From SAR202 cluster bacterium (GTDB lineage Bacteria > Chloroflexota > Dehalococcoidia > UBA6926 > VFHL01): a stretch of DNA of 64,000 nt. The stretch lies in NCBI GenBank assembly GCA_009392005.1, contig VFHL01000005.1:49643-113642 (forward strand), written 5' to 3'. Made by a program: the position numbers and the translations under genes. Below, one piece after another: positions 50,153 through 59,653 of the stretch (position 1 is the first letter of the stretch; each line of letters starts with the position of its first letter). The notes beneath the pieces are model-generated. The model made no database searches. It saw only the letters and a program-made list of their open reading frames with translations, and was not told where the DNA came from.

Positions 50153-50506
50153 ATGCTTAAAGTTGAAGCTATAGTTCGTCCGGAGAGGGTAAACGAAGTT
50201 GTCGCAGCATTACAAGATGCAGGCTGCCGCGGTTTTCATTATGAGAACATAACTGGTCAAGGTATACAACAGGGTGTTGAAGTTGTTACTGGGCGGGGTG
50301 GTCGAGTAGCGTCTCGTGCTGCTATGCCCAAAACTTTAATCGTAACGGTTATTTCAGATGACATGAAAGAGGCAGTTATTGAAGCGATTGTTTCTTCCGC
50401 ACGCTCCGAAGGAGAAGGCGCGATCGGTGATGGAAAGATTTTTATGAGTGAGATTTCGGATGTCGTTAGAGTGCGAACTGGCGAAAGAGGACAGGACGCG
50501 CTTTAA
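50153..50506 (+). CDS. glnK: P-II nitrogen regulator with a divergent T-loop
   Basis: KVEAIVRP, G.IGDGKIF and RVRTGERG; adjacent to amtB. Confidence 0.9.
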   Translation: MLKVEAIVRPERVNEVVAALQDAGCRGFHYENITGQGIQQGVEVVTGRGGRVASRAAMPKTLIVTVISDDMKEAVIEAIVSSARSEGEGAIGDGKIFMSEISDVVRVRTGERGQDAL

Positions 50507-50598
50507 CCCGCGAATTATCTTGGTGAGGTTGCAAGAAGCGACGAAAAACGGTTCAATGTCACTAAGGTTCTAGTGCGATCATTAAACGGAGGTGAAGC

Positions 50599-51600
50599 GT
50601 GGTATATAAGGCAGAATATTTGTGGTTGGATGGAACGACGCCATCGGCGCAGATAAGATCGAAAACTAAAGTCATAGCTGATGGAGAAGCGCCGCCTATT
50701 TGGGGTTTTGATGGGTCAAGTACACAACAAGCAGCCGGTGAGAGTTCTGACGTCGTTCTTAACCCGGTTCTTACAGTTCCTGATCCGATTCGTGGCGGGA
50801 ACAACGTTATTGTGATGAACGAAACATTGTTGCCTGATATGAGTCCCCACCCTACAAATACACGAGCTGCATGTGCAGCGGCAGCAGAAAAATTTAGTAG
50901 TTTTGATACGTGGTTCGGAATTGAACAGGAATACACGTTCTTTCAAGGTAGGGACCCGTTAGGTTGGCCAGAGGATGGCTTTCCGGCTCCTCAAGGAGAC
51001 TATTACTGTGCGGTCGGTTCTGAAAACATCTTTGGCCGGGATATTGTTGAGGAGCATATGGATGCCTGCATAGCTGCAGGTTTGACAATAGCTGGTATTA
51101 ACGCAGAGGTTATGCCAGGCCAATGGGAATATCAGATTGGTCCTGTGGGTGCGCCGCAAGTTGCCGATGAGCTGTGGATTGGTCGGTGGTTACTAGCAAG
51201 AATCGCAGAAAATTATGGGGTGACCGTTTCTTTAGACGCGAAACCTGTAAAAGGCGATTGGAATGGCGCTGGTTGCCACACCAACTTTTCTACCAAACAA
51301 ATGAGAGAAAATTACGCAGCATGTGAAGCGGCAGCGGAAGCACTTGGGGCAAATGCGGCGGAACACATAGCTAATTACGGAGCTGGGATTGAAGATCGGT
51401 TAACAGGTCAGCATGAGACCGCAAGTTATAAAGATTTTTCTTATGGGGTTTCTGATCGTGGGGCTTCGATAAGAATTCCATGGCAGGTTGCTAGAGATCA
51501 AAAAGGGTATATAGAGGACCGACGCCCAAATGCCAATATGGATCCGTACCTTGTAACTCGTTTAGTTATTGATACTGTCTGCGGAGCTGCCAGTAAATAA
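50599..51600 (+). CDS. glnII: Glutamine synthetase type II
   Basis: AEY.WLDG, RSKT, WGFDGSST, INAEVMPGQWEYQ, GDWNG.G.H.NFST, RLTG.HET and EDRRP; 333 aa. Confidence 0.95.
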   Translation: MVYKAEYLWLDGTTPSAQIRSKTKVIADGEAPPIWGFDGSSTQQAAGESSDVVLNPVLTVPDPIRGGNNVIVMNETLLPDMSPHPTNTRAACAAAAEKFSSFDTWFGIEQEYTFFQGRDPLGWPEDGFPAPQGDYYCAVGSENIFGRDIVEEHMDACIAAGLTIAGINAEVMPGQWEYQIGPVGAPQVADELWIGRWLLARIAENYGVTVSLDAKPVKGDWNGAGCHTNFSTKQMRENYAACEAAAEALGANAAEHIANYGAGIEDRLTGQHETASYKDFSYGVSDRGASIRIPWQVARDQKGYIEDRRPNANMDPYLVTRLVIDTVCGAASK

Positions 51601-51700
51601 ATCTCTGGACTTCGAATCGGGTAAATAATTGAAATTGATTGTGTAGTTTTCATGGGTGGCAGTTAACGGGATAGCTCAACCTGCTGCCCGAACGAAATCT

Positions 51701-51730
51701 TTGACACAAATTTCACAATCGCCATATACT
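51701..51730 (+). promoter_or_regulatory. Putative sigma70 promoter of glnA
   Basis: TTGACA-18 nt-TATACT. Confidence 0.5.
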
Positions 51731-51804
51731 GTGGGGCAACGCTTTAATTGTGAGCGCTGCCCCATTGCTATCAAATCAGGGGTAAGGAGGAGGCCCTAAG
51801 CGAC

Positions 51805-53148
51805 ATGGCAGCCATTCAAGACCGTGAACAGGCTAAGGAATTCGTTTTACGAACAGTAAAAGAACGCGATGTGCAATTTATTCGCCTCTGGTTTACTGAC
51901 GTTAGCGGAACCTTAAAGGGTTTTGCAATCATGCGCGAGGAATTGGAGGAAGCGTTAAACGAGGGGTTTGGGTTTGACGGATCATCAATTGATGGTTATG
52001 CGCGGAGTGATGAAAGCGATATGATCGCCCTGCCAGATCCAACGACATTTTCTCTTCTGCCATGGCGACCTCAAGAGCGCGGAGTAGCTAGGCTATTTTG
52101 CGATATCCTCTTACCTGATGGAGCACCTTTTACTGGTGATCCACGATACGTTTTGAAAAAGAATCTTGAGAAGGCTCGTGAAAAAGGATTTACCTTTTAC
52201 GTTGGTCCAGAAATGGAATATTTTTATTTGAACAGCCCTGATGATCCGACTCCGGTCGACGCGGCAGGATATTTTGACCAGGATTCGCTTGATTTGACAA
52301 CTGACCTTCGCCGAGACACGGTCCTGAATTTAGAAGAGATGGGTATTGGCGTAGCTTATACGCATCATGAAGTTGCTCCTGGACAAGAAGAGATTGTTCT
52401 CCGGCATACTGATGCACTCACTATGGCAGATAATTGCATGACCTATAAAGTTGTTGTGAAGGAAGTAGCGCGTCAACATAACGTGTTCGCGACATTTATG
52501 CCGAAGCCATTAGCGAATCTCAATGGCAATGGTATGCACACGCATCAATCTCTTTTTCGTGGAGAAACTAATGTTTTTTACGATGCTGACGAGGATCTGA
52601 ATTTGTCTGCAATTGGGCGACATTATATAGCGGGCTTGTTGGAGCACGCATCAGGGATTACATCAATTACGAACCAATGGGTTAATTCATATAAAAGACT
52701 TGTTCCAGGGTATGAAGCTCCCATATATATCTCGTGGGCAAAAGTAAATCGATCAGATTTGATAAGGGTGCCACGTATCAAGCCATCAAGGCCGGATGAA
52801 ATGCGTATCGAGTATCGTGCTCCTGATGCAGCATGCAACCCCTATCTTGCATTTTCTGTGATGCTTGCAGCAGGATTGGACGGTGTTGAAAGGGAACTCG
52901 ATCCTCCTGAACCACTTACGCAAAATGCGTATGATATGAGTGATGAAACCCGGGTTGCGAAAGGTGTAAATACCCTTCCTGGGGATCTTATGCAGGCAGT
53001 TTTAGCTACTGAAGAAGATCCACTGGTACGTGACACATTAGGTGATAGTGTTTTTGAAAGTTTTTTGAAGAATAAGACGATCGAATGGGATACGTTTCGT
53101 CGACAGGTTACTGATTACGAATTGCAAAGGTACTTACCAGTTTTGTAA
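51805..53148 (+). CDS. glnA: Glutamine synthetase type I family
   Basis: FDGSS, HHEVAPGQ.E, ATFMPKP, NG.GMH.HQS, NSYKRLVPGYEAP and RIEYR.PD..CNPY. Confidence 0.9.
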   Translation: MAAIQDREQAKEFVLRTVKERDVQFIRLWFTDVSGTLKGFAIMREELEEALNEGFGFDGSSIDGYARSDESDMIALPDPTTFSLLPWRPQERGVARLFCDILLPDGAPFTGDPRYVLKKNLEKAREKGFTFYVGPEMEYFYLNSPDDPTPVDAAGYFDQDSLDLTTDLRRDTVLNLEEMGIGVAYTHHEVAPGQEEIVLRHTDALTMADNCMTYKVVVKEVARQHNVFATFMPKPLANLNGNGMHTHQSLFRGETNVFYDADEDLNLSAIGRHYIAGLLEHASGITSITNQWVNSYKRLVPGYEAPIYISWAKVNRSDLIRVPRIKPSRPDEMRIEYRAPDAACNPYLAFSVMLAAGLDGVERELDPPEPLTQNAYDMSDETRVAKGVNTLPGDLMQAVLATEEDPLVRDTLGDSVFESFLKNKTIEWDTFRRQVTDYELQRYLPVL

Positions 53149-53220
53149 TTTGTGTCTCATCATGAATGGATGGATAAAATTATTGTGAAAAAAGAAGATT
53201 CAATTAACAAGGAGTCGAGT

Positions 53221-56200
53221 GTGAAAAGGAATAGTTTCGAACATCTTTTCGCACCTAAAGGACTATATCGTTCGGCTTATGAACATGATTCGTGTGGCAC
53301 TGGTTTTGTTGCACGGATATCTGGTGAGCCTTCTCATGATATTGTTGCAATGGCTGTTGAAGCAGTGATTAACTTGACTCATAGAGGGGCTGTTTCATCG
53401 GACGCTAAAACTGGCGATGGAGCGGGGATTCAGACACAAATACCCCGAAAGCTTTTCACGCGTGAAGCGAAGAAAATGGGGATTGATTTAACTGATAAAG
53501 ACTTACTAGGTGTTGCGATGGTTTTCCTGCCTAACCAGGATGAAAAACTGCAACAACGGTGTGTTGAAATCATTGAAGAGTCAGTGGCAGATTATAATTT
53601 GAATCTAATTGGCTGGCGGGTTGTACCAGTGAATCGTTCCGTTCTTGGGGATCAAGCTCTGGAAACTTGTCCTGACATACGTCAAGCGTTAATAGTTCCA
53701 AATTCTGACTTAGATTCCGTGTCGTACGAACGCGCATTGTATTTCGCCCGGAAAAAGATTGAAAGAATTGCGATAGCAGAACAAATTGCGGATCTCTATA
53801 TACCTTCGATGTCCCAGTATTCTTTGGTCTATAAGGGGTTATTTGTTGCGCCTCAGCTTAAGGGGTTTTACGAAGATTTGACTGATCCAGATTTTGAATC
53901 ATCTTTAGCACTTTTCCACCAGCGATATTCAACGAATACCTTTCCCACTTGGGATCGTGCTCAACCGATGAGATATCTGGGCCATAATGGTGAGATAAAC
54001 ACTATTCAGGGTAATCGTAATTGGTTGCGTGCTCGCGAGCCTGAATTGAGCTCGCCGTTACTGAGCGAAAACATTGACATTTTGAAACCAGTGACGTTTG
54101 ACGAGACGAGTGATTCAGGCAGTTTGGACCATGCTCTAGAGTTACTTGTGATGTCGGGACGTGACGTCTTGCATTCGATGATGATGCTTATCCCAGAGCC
54201 ATGGGAAAATATGCCTAATATGGATCCTGCTTTGAAAGCTTTTTACGAATACCACGCGAGTTTAGTGGAACCATGGGATGGGCCGGCTGCTATCAGCTTT
54301 ACTGACGGGCGTATCGCTGGCGCTATTTTGGATCGAAATGGATTGCGGCCTGCTCGCTACAAAGTTACAAGGGATGGCCTTGTAATCATGGCCTCCGAAG
54401 TTGGGGTTGTTGATATTCCTGATAACGAAGTGATCGAGAAGGGCCAATTGGGACCGGGTCAAATGATTGCTGTTGATACAGCCAATCAACAGTTCCTAAG
54501 AAATGAAGATATTAAGAATTCTGCGGCGCACCGCCAACCATACGCTCAATGGGTTGGTCAGCACCAGGTAAAACTAGAAAGCCAAGCAGATCAACAGATC
54601 GATGGTGTTAAAGAAACCCAAGGTAGCGAGGCACTTTCTTTAGAACCTGTCCAAAGAAGGCAGATGTTTGGCTACACTGCTGAAGAGTTAAACATGGTTA
54701 TTAAACCGATGATTTTGGAAGGAAAAGATGCGACATTTTCAATGGGTGATGATACGCCCTTAGCAGCTTTATCTTCGCTAGAGCCAATAACGTATAGTTA
54801 CTTCAAACAAAAGTTTGCTCAGGTCACTAACCCCGCCATAGATAACTTGCGAGAAACTGTTGTAATGTCTAGCTACAATTTTTTGGGCGCGCGCCGTAGT
54901 TTTCTCGAGGAAAAGCCTGATGCGGCCAAACTTATACGTGTTGAGAGTCCGGTGCTCACAGATAATGAATTGGCGATGCTCCGTGATCTTTCTGACCCTG
55001 CATTTCAATCGATAACCATTCCCATTAATTTCGAGATTTCTGATGGAGCTCTTGGTTTGCAGAATGGGCTCAGGGATTTGTGTGAGACTGCATTAGAAGC
55101 GATTGATTCTGGAAAATCATTAATAATATTGAGTGATCGTGGAACGAACGCTACTCATGCTCCTATTCCGATGATGATCGCCGTTGGAAGATTACATCAT
55201 TTTCTTATTGATCATGGGAAAAGGATGAGGGCGAGCATTATTGCAGAAACAGCCGAACCACGTGATATACATCATTACGCCGCTCTTGTCGGGTATGGAG
55301 CCAACGCAATCAATCCGTACATGGCGTTTGAGATTGTAACGGAGCTGTTTGAAAAGGATGAAATTAAAGATTTTGAAACGCCTCAGCAAGCAATCTTGAA
55401 ATATAGAACCTCGGCATCAAAAGGCATATTAAAAATTATGTCGAAGATGGGTATTTCTACGGTAACAAGTTATAGCGGAGCACAGATTTTCGAGGCGATT
55501 GGATTGGATGAAGACATCATTGATCAGTGCTTCAGAGGTACACCATGCCAATTTGGTGGGATGGGGTTGAACCAATTTGCAGAGGATGTTTTGAAACGCC
55601 ATTCTAAAGCAATGGATGTACCTAAAACCGGTAAGAAACGACTTGAAGATATAGGTTTCATAAGATTTCGTCGAAAAGGCGAGTACCACGGGAACAATCC
55701 ACAAGGTGTTCGTGCTTTGCATGCAGCTGTTTTGAATGGCAATTATGATGATTACAAAGTGTATTCAGAAATGATTATTAACCGACCGTTGACCTCAATC
55801 CGTGATTTAATGGGTTTCAAGAGTGATCGGAAGCCTGTTTCTATTGATGAGGTTGAGTCTATAGAGTCGTTGCGTCGACATCTAAATACCGGTTCCATGT
55901 CTCTCGGGGCCCTCAGTCCGGAAGCTCACGAAACGATTGCGTTAGCGATGAATTCAATGGGCGCAGCGAGTGCTACGGGTGAAGGTGGCGAAGATCCGGT
56001 TAGATATCGGCCACGGTCTGATGGGCTTAATGGTAGCAGTAAGATCAAACAAGTTGCATCTGCGAGATTTGGTGTAACACCTGAATACCTTGCGATGTCA
56101 GAAGAGCTTGAGATTAAGATTGCCCAAGGTTCTAAACCTGGTGAGGGTGGGCAATTGCCTGGACATAAAGTTGTGACTCATATCGCACATATTCGTCATT

Positions 56201-57780
56201 CGCAACCAGGAATCACATTGATCTCACCACCTCCGCATCATGACATATATTCGATTGAAGATCTTGCACAACTGATTTATGACCTTAAGATCGCTAATCC
56301 ACGCGCATATGTGACCGTTAAACTTGTCTCTGAAGCTGGTGTTGGTACGATTGCTGCGGGAGTCGCAAAAGGATTTGCAGATAAGATTGTTATAAGCGGG
56401 CATGCCGGTGGCACTGGCGCTTCTCCGCTTTCCTCGATTAAGAACGCAGGGACTTCATGGGAGTTAGGTGTTGCTGAGACACAACAAGTGCTCGTTATGA
56501 ACGATCTTCGCGGGCGGGTTAGGTTACGAACAGATGGTGGATTTCAGATTGGTAGAGATGTTGTCGTTGCAGCAATGCTTGGCGCCGAAGAATATGGGTT
56601 TGGGACTAATGCGCTTATTGCAGCAGGTTGTGAGATGGCGCGGCAGTGTCATCTTGATACTTGTCCTGTTGGCGTTGCGACCCAGAGGGAAGATCTTCGC
56701 GGAAAATTTAATGGAACAGTTGAATCCATTGTTCATTACTTCACCTTTGTGGCTCAAGAAATTCGCGAAACTTTAGCAGACCTTGGGTACAAAAGCCTTG
56801 ACGATATCATTGGGCGTTCAAATTTATTGACTCCATCTACGAGAGATGACATCGCAGAAATTGCTCGTACTGTAGACGTTCGTCCCATTATTGCTTTGGC
56901 TGATCCGACTGGTTCAAGGCCCATCAAGAATAATCAAAAGAGGAATGATCGTGGAGAGGTGCCTCTAGACGACCGAATCTTGAAAGATATTCAGCCGACT
57001 TTGGATGACAAGAAGCAGTCAAAGTACGAATATAACATTCATAACACAGATAGGACTGTAGGTGGTCGGGTTGGTGGTGAACTATCAAGGAAGTACGGTT
57101 CTGATGGATTGCCCGAAGGTACTGTTGATTTACAGTTCATAGGAACTGCAGGTCAAAGTTTCGGGGCCTGGTGTGCTAACGGCATGCGATTGACTCTTGT
57201 TGGAGAGGCAAATGATTATGTCGGAAAGGGCCTTGGTGGTGGAGAAGTGATTCTGAAGCCTTCTCCTGACGCGAATTTCATTGCACATGAAAATTCCATT
57301 ATGGGTAATACTTGTTTATATGGAGCAACAGGAGGATACCTTTTTGCTGCCGGTCGTGCTGGAGAGAGATTCTGTGTGCGCGCGAGTGGAGTCCAAGCGG
57401 TGGTGGAGGGTGTTGGCGATCATGGATGCGAATATATGACGAGTGGTATTGCCGTAATTCTGGGTGAGACCGGTCGCAATTTTGGGGCTGGAATGTCTGG
57501 AGGAATGGCTTTTGTCTACGATCCAGAGAAACAATTTCCAAGTAGATATAATCCGGAAATTCTCGCTCTTGATCCTCTCGATGACCAAGAGGATATTGCG
57601 AAAGTAAAAGATTTGGTTGAACGCCACACTAACTATACTGGATCAATTCGTGGTAAAGAGATACTGGATAATTGGGACTCAGCTGTAAAGGATTTCTGGA
57701 AGGTTATCCCGTTTCAGATCAAGGATCAGGGTATGTCAATTTCTGACGTGTTGAAAAAGGTTGAAGGGGCTGTTACATAA
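53221..57780 (+). CDS. gltB: Glutamate synthase large subunit
   Basis: EHDSCG.G, HQRYSTNT, KQVASARFGV, QGSKPGEGGQL, C.MARQCHLDTCPVG and GXGXG domain. GTG start after AAGGAG. Confidence 0.97.
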   Translation: MKRNSFEHLFAPKGLYRSAYEHDSCGTGFVARISGEPSHDIVAMAVEAVINLTHRGAVSSDAKTGDGAGIQTQIPRKLFTREAKKMGIDLTDKDLLGVAMVFLPNQDEKLQQRCVEIIEESVADYNLNLIGWRVVPVNRSVLGDQALETCPDIRQALIVPNSDLDSVSYERALYFARKKIERIAIAEQIADLYIPSMSQYSLVYKGLFVAPQLKGFYEDLTDPDFESSLALFHQRYSTNTFPTWDRAQPMRYLGHNGEINTIQGNRNWLRAREPELSSPLLSENIDILKPVTFDETSDSGSLDHALELLVMSGRDVLHSMMMLIPEPWENMPNMDPALKAFYEYHASLVEPWDGPAAISFTDGRIAGAILDRNGLRPARYKVTRDGLVIMASEVGVVDIPDNEVIEKGQLGPGQMIAVDTANQQFLRNEDIKNSAAHRQPYAQWVGQHQVKLESQADQQIDGVKETQGSEALSLEPVQRRQMFGYTAEELNMVIKPMILEGKDATFSMGDDTPLAALSSLEPITYSYFKQKFAQVTNPAIDNLRETVVMSSYNFLGARRSFLEEKPDAAKLIRVESPVLTDNELAMLRDLSDPAFQSITIPINFEISDGALGLQNGLRDLCETALEAIDSGKSLIILSDRGTNATHAPIPMMIAVGRLHHFLIDHGKRMRASIIAETAEPRDIHHYAALVGYGANAINPYMAFEIVTELFEKDEIKDFETPQQAILKYRTSASKGILKIMSKMGISTVTSYSGAQIFEAIGLDEDIIDQCFRGTPCQFGGMGLNQFAEDVLKRHSKAMDVPKTGKKRLEDIGFIRFRRKGEYHGNNPQGVRALHAAVLNGNYDDYKVYSEMIINRPLTSIRDLMGFKSDRKPVSIDEVESIESLRRHLNTGSMSLGALSPEAHETIALAMNSMGAASATGEGGEDPVRYRPRSDGLNGSSKIKQVASARFGVTPEYLAMSEELEIKIAQGSKPGEGGQLPGHKVVTHIAHIRHSQPGITLISPPPHHDIYSIEDLAQLIYDLKIANPRAYVTVKLVSEAGVGTIAAGVAKGFADKIVISGHAGGTGASPLSSIKNAGTSWELGVAETQQVLVMNDLRGRVRLRTDGGFQIGRDVVVAAMLGAEEYGFGTNALIAAGCEMARQCHLDTCPVGVATQREDLRGKFNGTVESIVHYFTFVAQEIRETLADLGYKSLDDIIGRSNLLTPSTRDDIAEIARTVDVRPIIALADPTGSRPIKNNQKRNDRGEVPLDDRILKDIQPTLDDKKQSKYEYNIHNTDRTVGGRVGGELSRKYGSDGLPEGTVDLQFIGTAGQSFGAWCANGMRLTLVGEANDYVGKGLGGGEVILKPSPDANFIAHENSIMGNTCLYGATGGYLFAAGRAGERFCVRASGVQAVVEGVGDHGCEYMTSGIAVILGETGRNFGAGMSGGMAFVYDPEKQFPSRYNPEILALDPLDDQEDIAKVKDLVERHTNYTGSIRGKEILDNWDSAVKDFWKVIPFQIKDQGMSISDVLKKVEGAVT

Positions 57781-57787
57781 GAACAAA

Positions 57788-57818
57788 AGCAGCCGGTGAA
57801 TTTTGCTCTTTGGCTGCT
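57788..57818. terminator. Hairpin between convergent genes
   Basis: AGCAGCC-N17-GGCTGCT just after the gltB stop. Confidence 0.55.
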
Positions 57819-57829
57819 ATTCGGAAAAC

Positions 57830-58069
57830 CTATGTCATTGTTTCGTTTAATTCCTCACGCCGCATAAATTCGAGAGCTGCTGCACCGTCTTCCCAGTTGT
57901 CGTCGGGCCTCTGCTGGCGTTGGTTCTCCCAACCAAATACTTCATAGCCAAGTACATATCGTAGCGAACCTCGAACTGTGTCCTCAGGCCCGCGGGTGCG
58001 CATCATCTCCATCGCGCGGTAAATCCACTCGTCAGGTAGTTCAACAGTGACTTTCATTTTCCCCTCCAT
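57830..58069 (-). CDS. Small protein with a VapB-like RHH N-terminus
   Basis: MKVTVELPDEW...AM.....R...TV..SLR pattern. Confidence 0.55.
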   Translation of the reverse strand: MEGKMKVTVELPDEWIYRAMEMMRTRGPEDTVRGSLRYVLGYEVFGWENQRQQRPDDNWEDGAAALEFMRREELNETMT

Positions 58070-58139
58070 TTTTGAGGCATATGGATGCTCAGTATATCCT
58101 GATTGTATTTATCTTGCCTCACCTTGATGTTAACTGGTT

Positions 58140-59312
58140 TCAGTCATAATCTCTTATTTCCAGATTATCCATCGCTAAATGAACTAAACTTTCAACATCC
58201 AGATCTGCTTCAATTGGTTTAATTTGGGCTTCGTTCGAGCGCGTTACTGGGTGTTTGGGCACGAATAGTGTACAGCAATCTTGATCTGGCAGTATAGATA
58301 TGGGATAAGTGCCGATATTCATGGCCTGTTGAATTATTTCAGTTTTGTCCATGCCGATTAAGGGTCGGAAGATCGGTTTTTCGGTTACAGAATCGACCAC
58401 TGTTATATTCTCCAAAGTTTGAGATGCGACTTGTCCAAGACTTTCTCCAGTGATTAATGCTTGTGCTTTTTCTTGCAACGCGATTTGTTCAGCGATTCGT
58501 ACCATGAAACGTCGGTAAAGAACCACTCGATAGGCTGGGGGCGCTGAAACGATAATATGTTTTTGTACTTCTGCAAAAGGTACTAAGTATAGACGGGATT
58601 GCCCTTGATATTCATTCAGTACTTCTACTAGCTCAATCGCTTTGTCACGTGAAGACCCGTCTACTAATGGGAACGCATGGAAATGTATAAATACTACTCG
58701 ACATCCACGTTTCATCATTCTTTGCGCAGCGACTGGTGAGTCGATTCCACCTGACAGCAGAGTACCAACCTCTCCACCTGTACCCACAGGCAACCCTCCC
58801 GCTCCGGGTAGCGGGTCAGAATAAAAATATAATGTGCGAGGGAGAATATCGACATATATTGTCAAATCAGGATTTTTCAACGAAACTGAAGTTCCTGTTT
58901 CTTCTTGAATAAATTTCCCAAGTTTTGTATTCACTTCCTGTGAAGTTAGAGGGAATTTTTTATCTGCTCTCTTTGTTGTAATTCTGAAGGAGTCAAAATC
59001 TTTATTTTTCGTAACAGTCAGTATTTCTTCCTTTAATTTTTCGAGGTTGTGTGAACCGCGTTGTGCAAGAGATATCTTCACTATGCCAAACACTTTTCTT
59101 AGCGCATCATAGATCAGATCCCAGTTAGCATTTTCGTTTAGTTGAACACCAATTAATCCCCGTTCAGCCCAAACTTTATCTACATCCATATTACGAGTGA
59201 CTCGACGTACGTTTCTCACGATGTGATTAATGAAAAAAGAGCGATTTTTCCCCTTTAACCCTGCTTCGTGGTATCGAAGGATAGCGTATCGGTTGTAATT
59301 GTTAACTGTCAC
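58140..59312 (-). CDS. thiI: tRNA 4-thiouridine synthase ThiI (no rhodanese domain)
   Basis: LKGKNR, THUMP domain, PP-loop SGGIDSPVA, GESLGQVASQT and DCC. Confidence 0.95.
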   Translation of the reverse strand: MTVNNYNRYAILRYHEAGLKGKNRSFFINHIVRNVRRVTRNMDVDKVWAERGLIGVQLNENANWDLIYDALRKVFGIVKISLAQRGSHNLEKLKEEILTVTKNKDFDSFRITTKRADKKFPLTSQEVNTKLGKFIQEETGTSVSLKNPDLTIYVDILPRTLYFYSDPLPGAGGLPVGTGGEVGTLLSGGIDSPVAAQRMMKRGCRVVFIHFHAFPLVDGSSRDKAIELVEVLNEYQGQSRLYLVPFAEVQKHIIVSAPPAYRVVLYRRFMVRIAEQIALQEKAQALITGESLGQVASQTLENITVVDSVTEKPIFRPLIGMDKTEIIQQAMNIGTYPISILPDQDCCTLFVPKHPVTRSNEAQIKPIEADLDVESLVHLAMDNLEIRDYD

Positions 59313-59381
59313 GAAATCATCCTGTTATTAATCAGCGATTGGTGTTGTGATGTGAGCATTGCTTATACCAACAAATGTAAG

Positions 59382-59457
59382 TGGCTCCCCGCGCAGGACT
59401 CGAACCTGCAACCTGGCGGTTAACAGCCGCCCGCTCTACCAATTGAGCTAGCGAGGA
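59382..59457 (-). tRNA. tRNA-Asn(GTT)
   Basis: TCCTCGC...; anticodon arm GGCGG-CTGTTAA-CCGCC; GTTCGAGTC; CCA. Confidence 0.97.
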
Positions 59458-59653
59458 GTATGGATGCTGAATTGCCTCAGTAGTTTAGCAAGCCAGATGG
59501 ATTAGATACAAGGGTAATGGTACTAGCCAGAACAAATCAATTCAATTAAGGCGTGAAATGGTTCGATTTCCCCGATTCAGAATTCATGTTCCAAAATCAT
59601 GTGATCTGCCGGAATTGGGTAGACACACATGGATGATTTGGTATTGTCTATTC

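Noticed and set aside
51746-51758. AATTGTGAGCGCT matches half of the symmetric lac operator
   Set aside because: The other half is absent and the flanks are native sequence; a chance match inside a hairpin, not vector contamination.
12902-59457. tRNA genes as integration sites of genomic islands
   Set aside because: No integrase and no duplicated tRNA 3' end were noticed.
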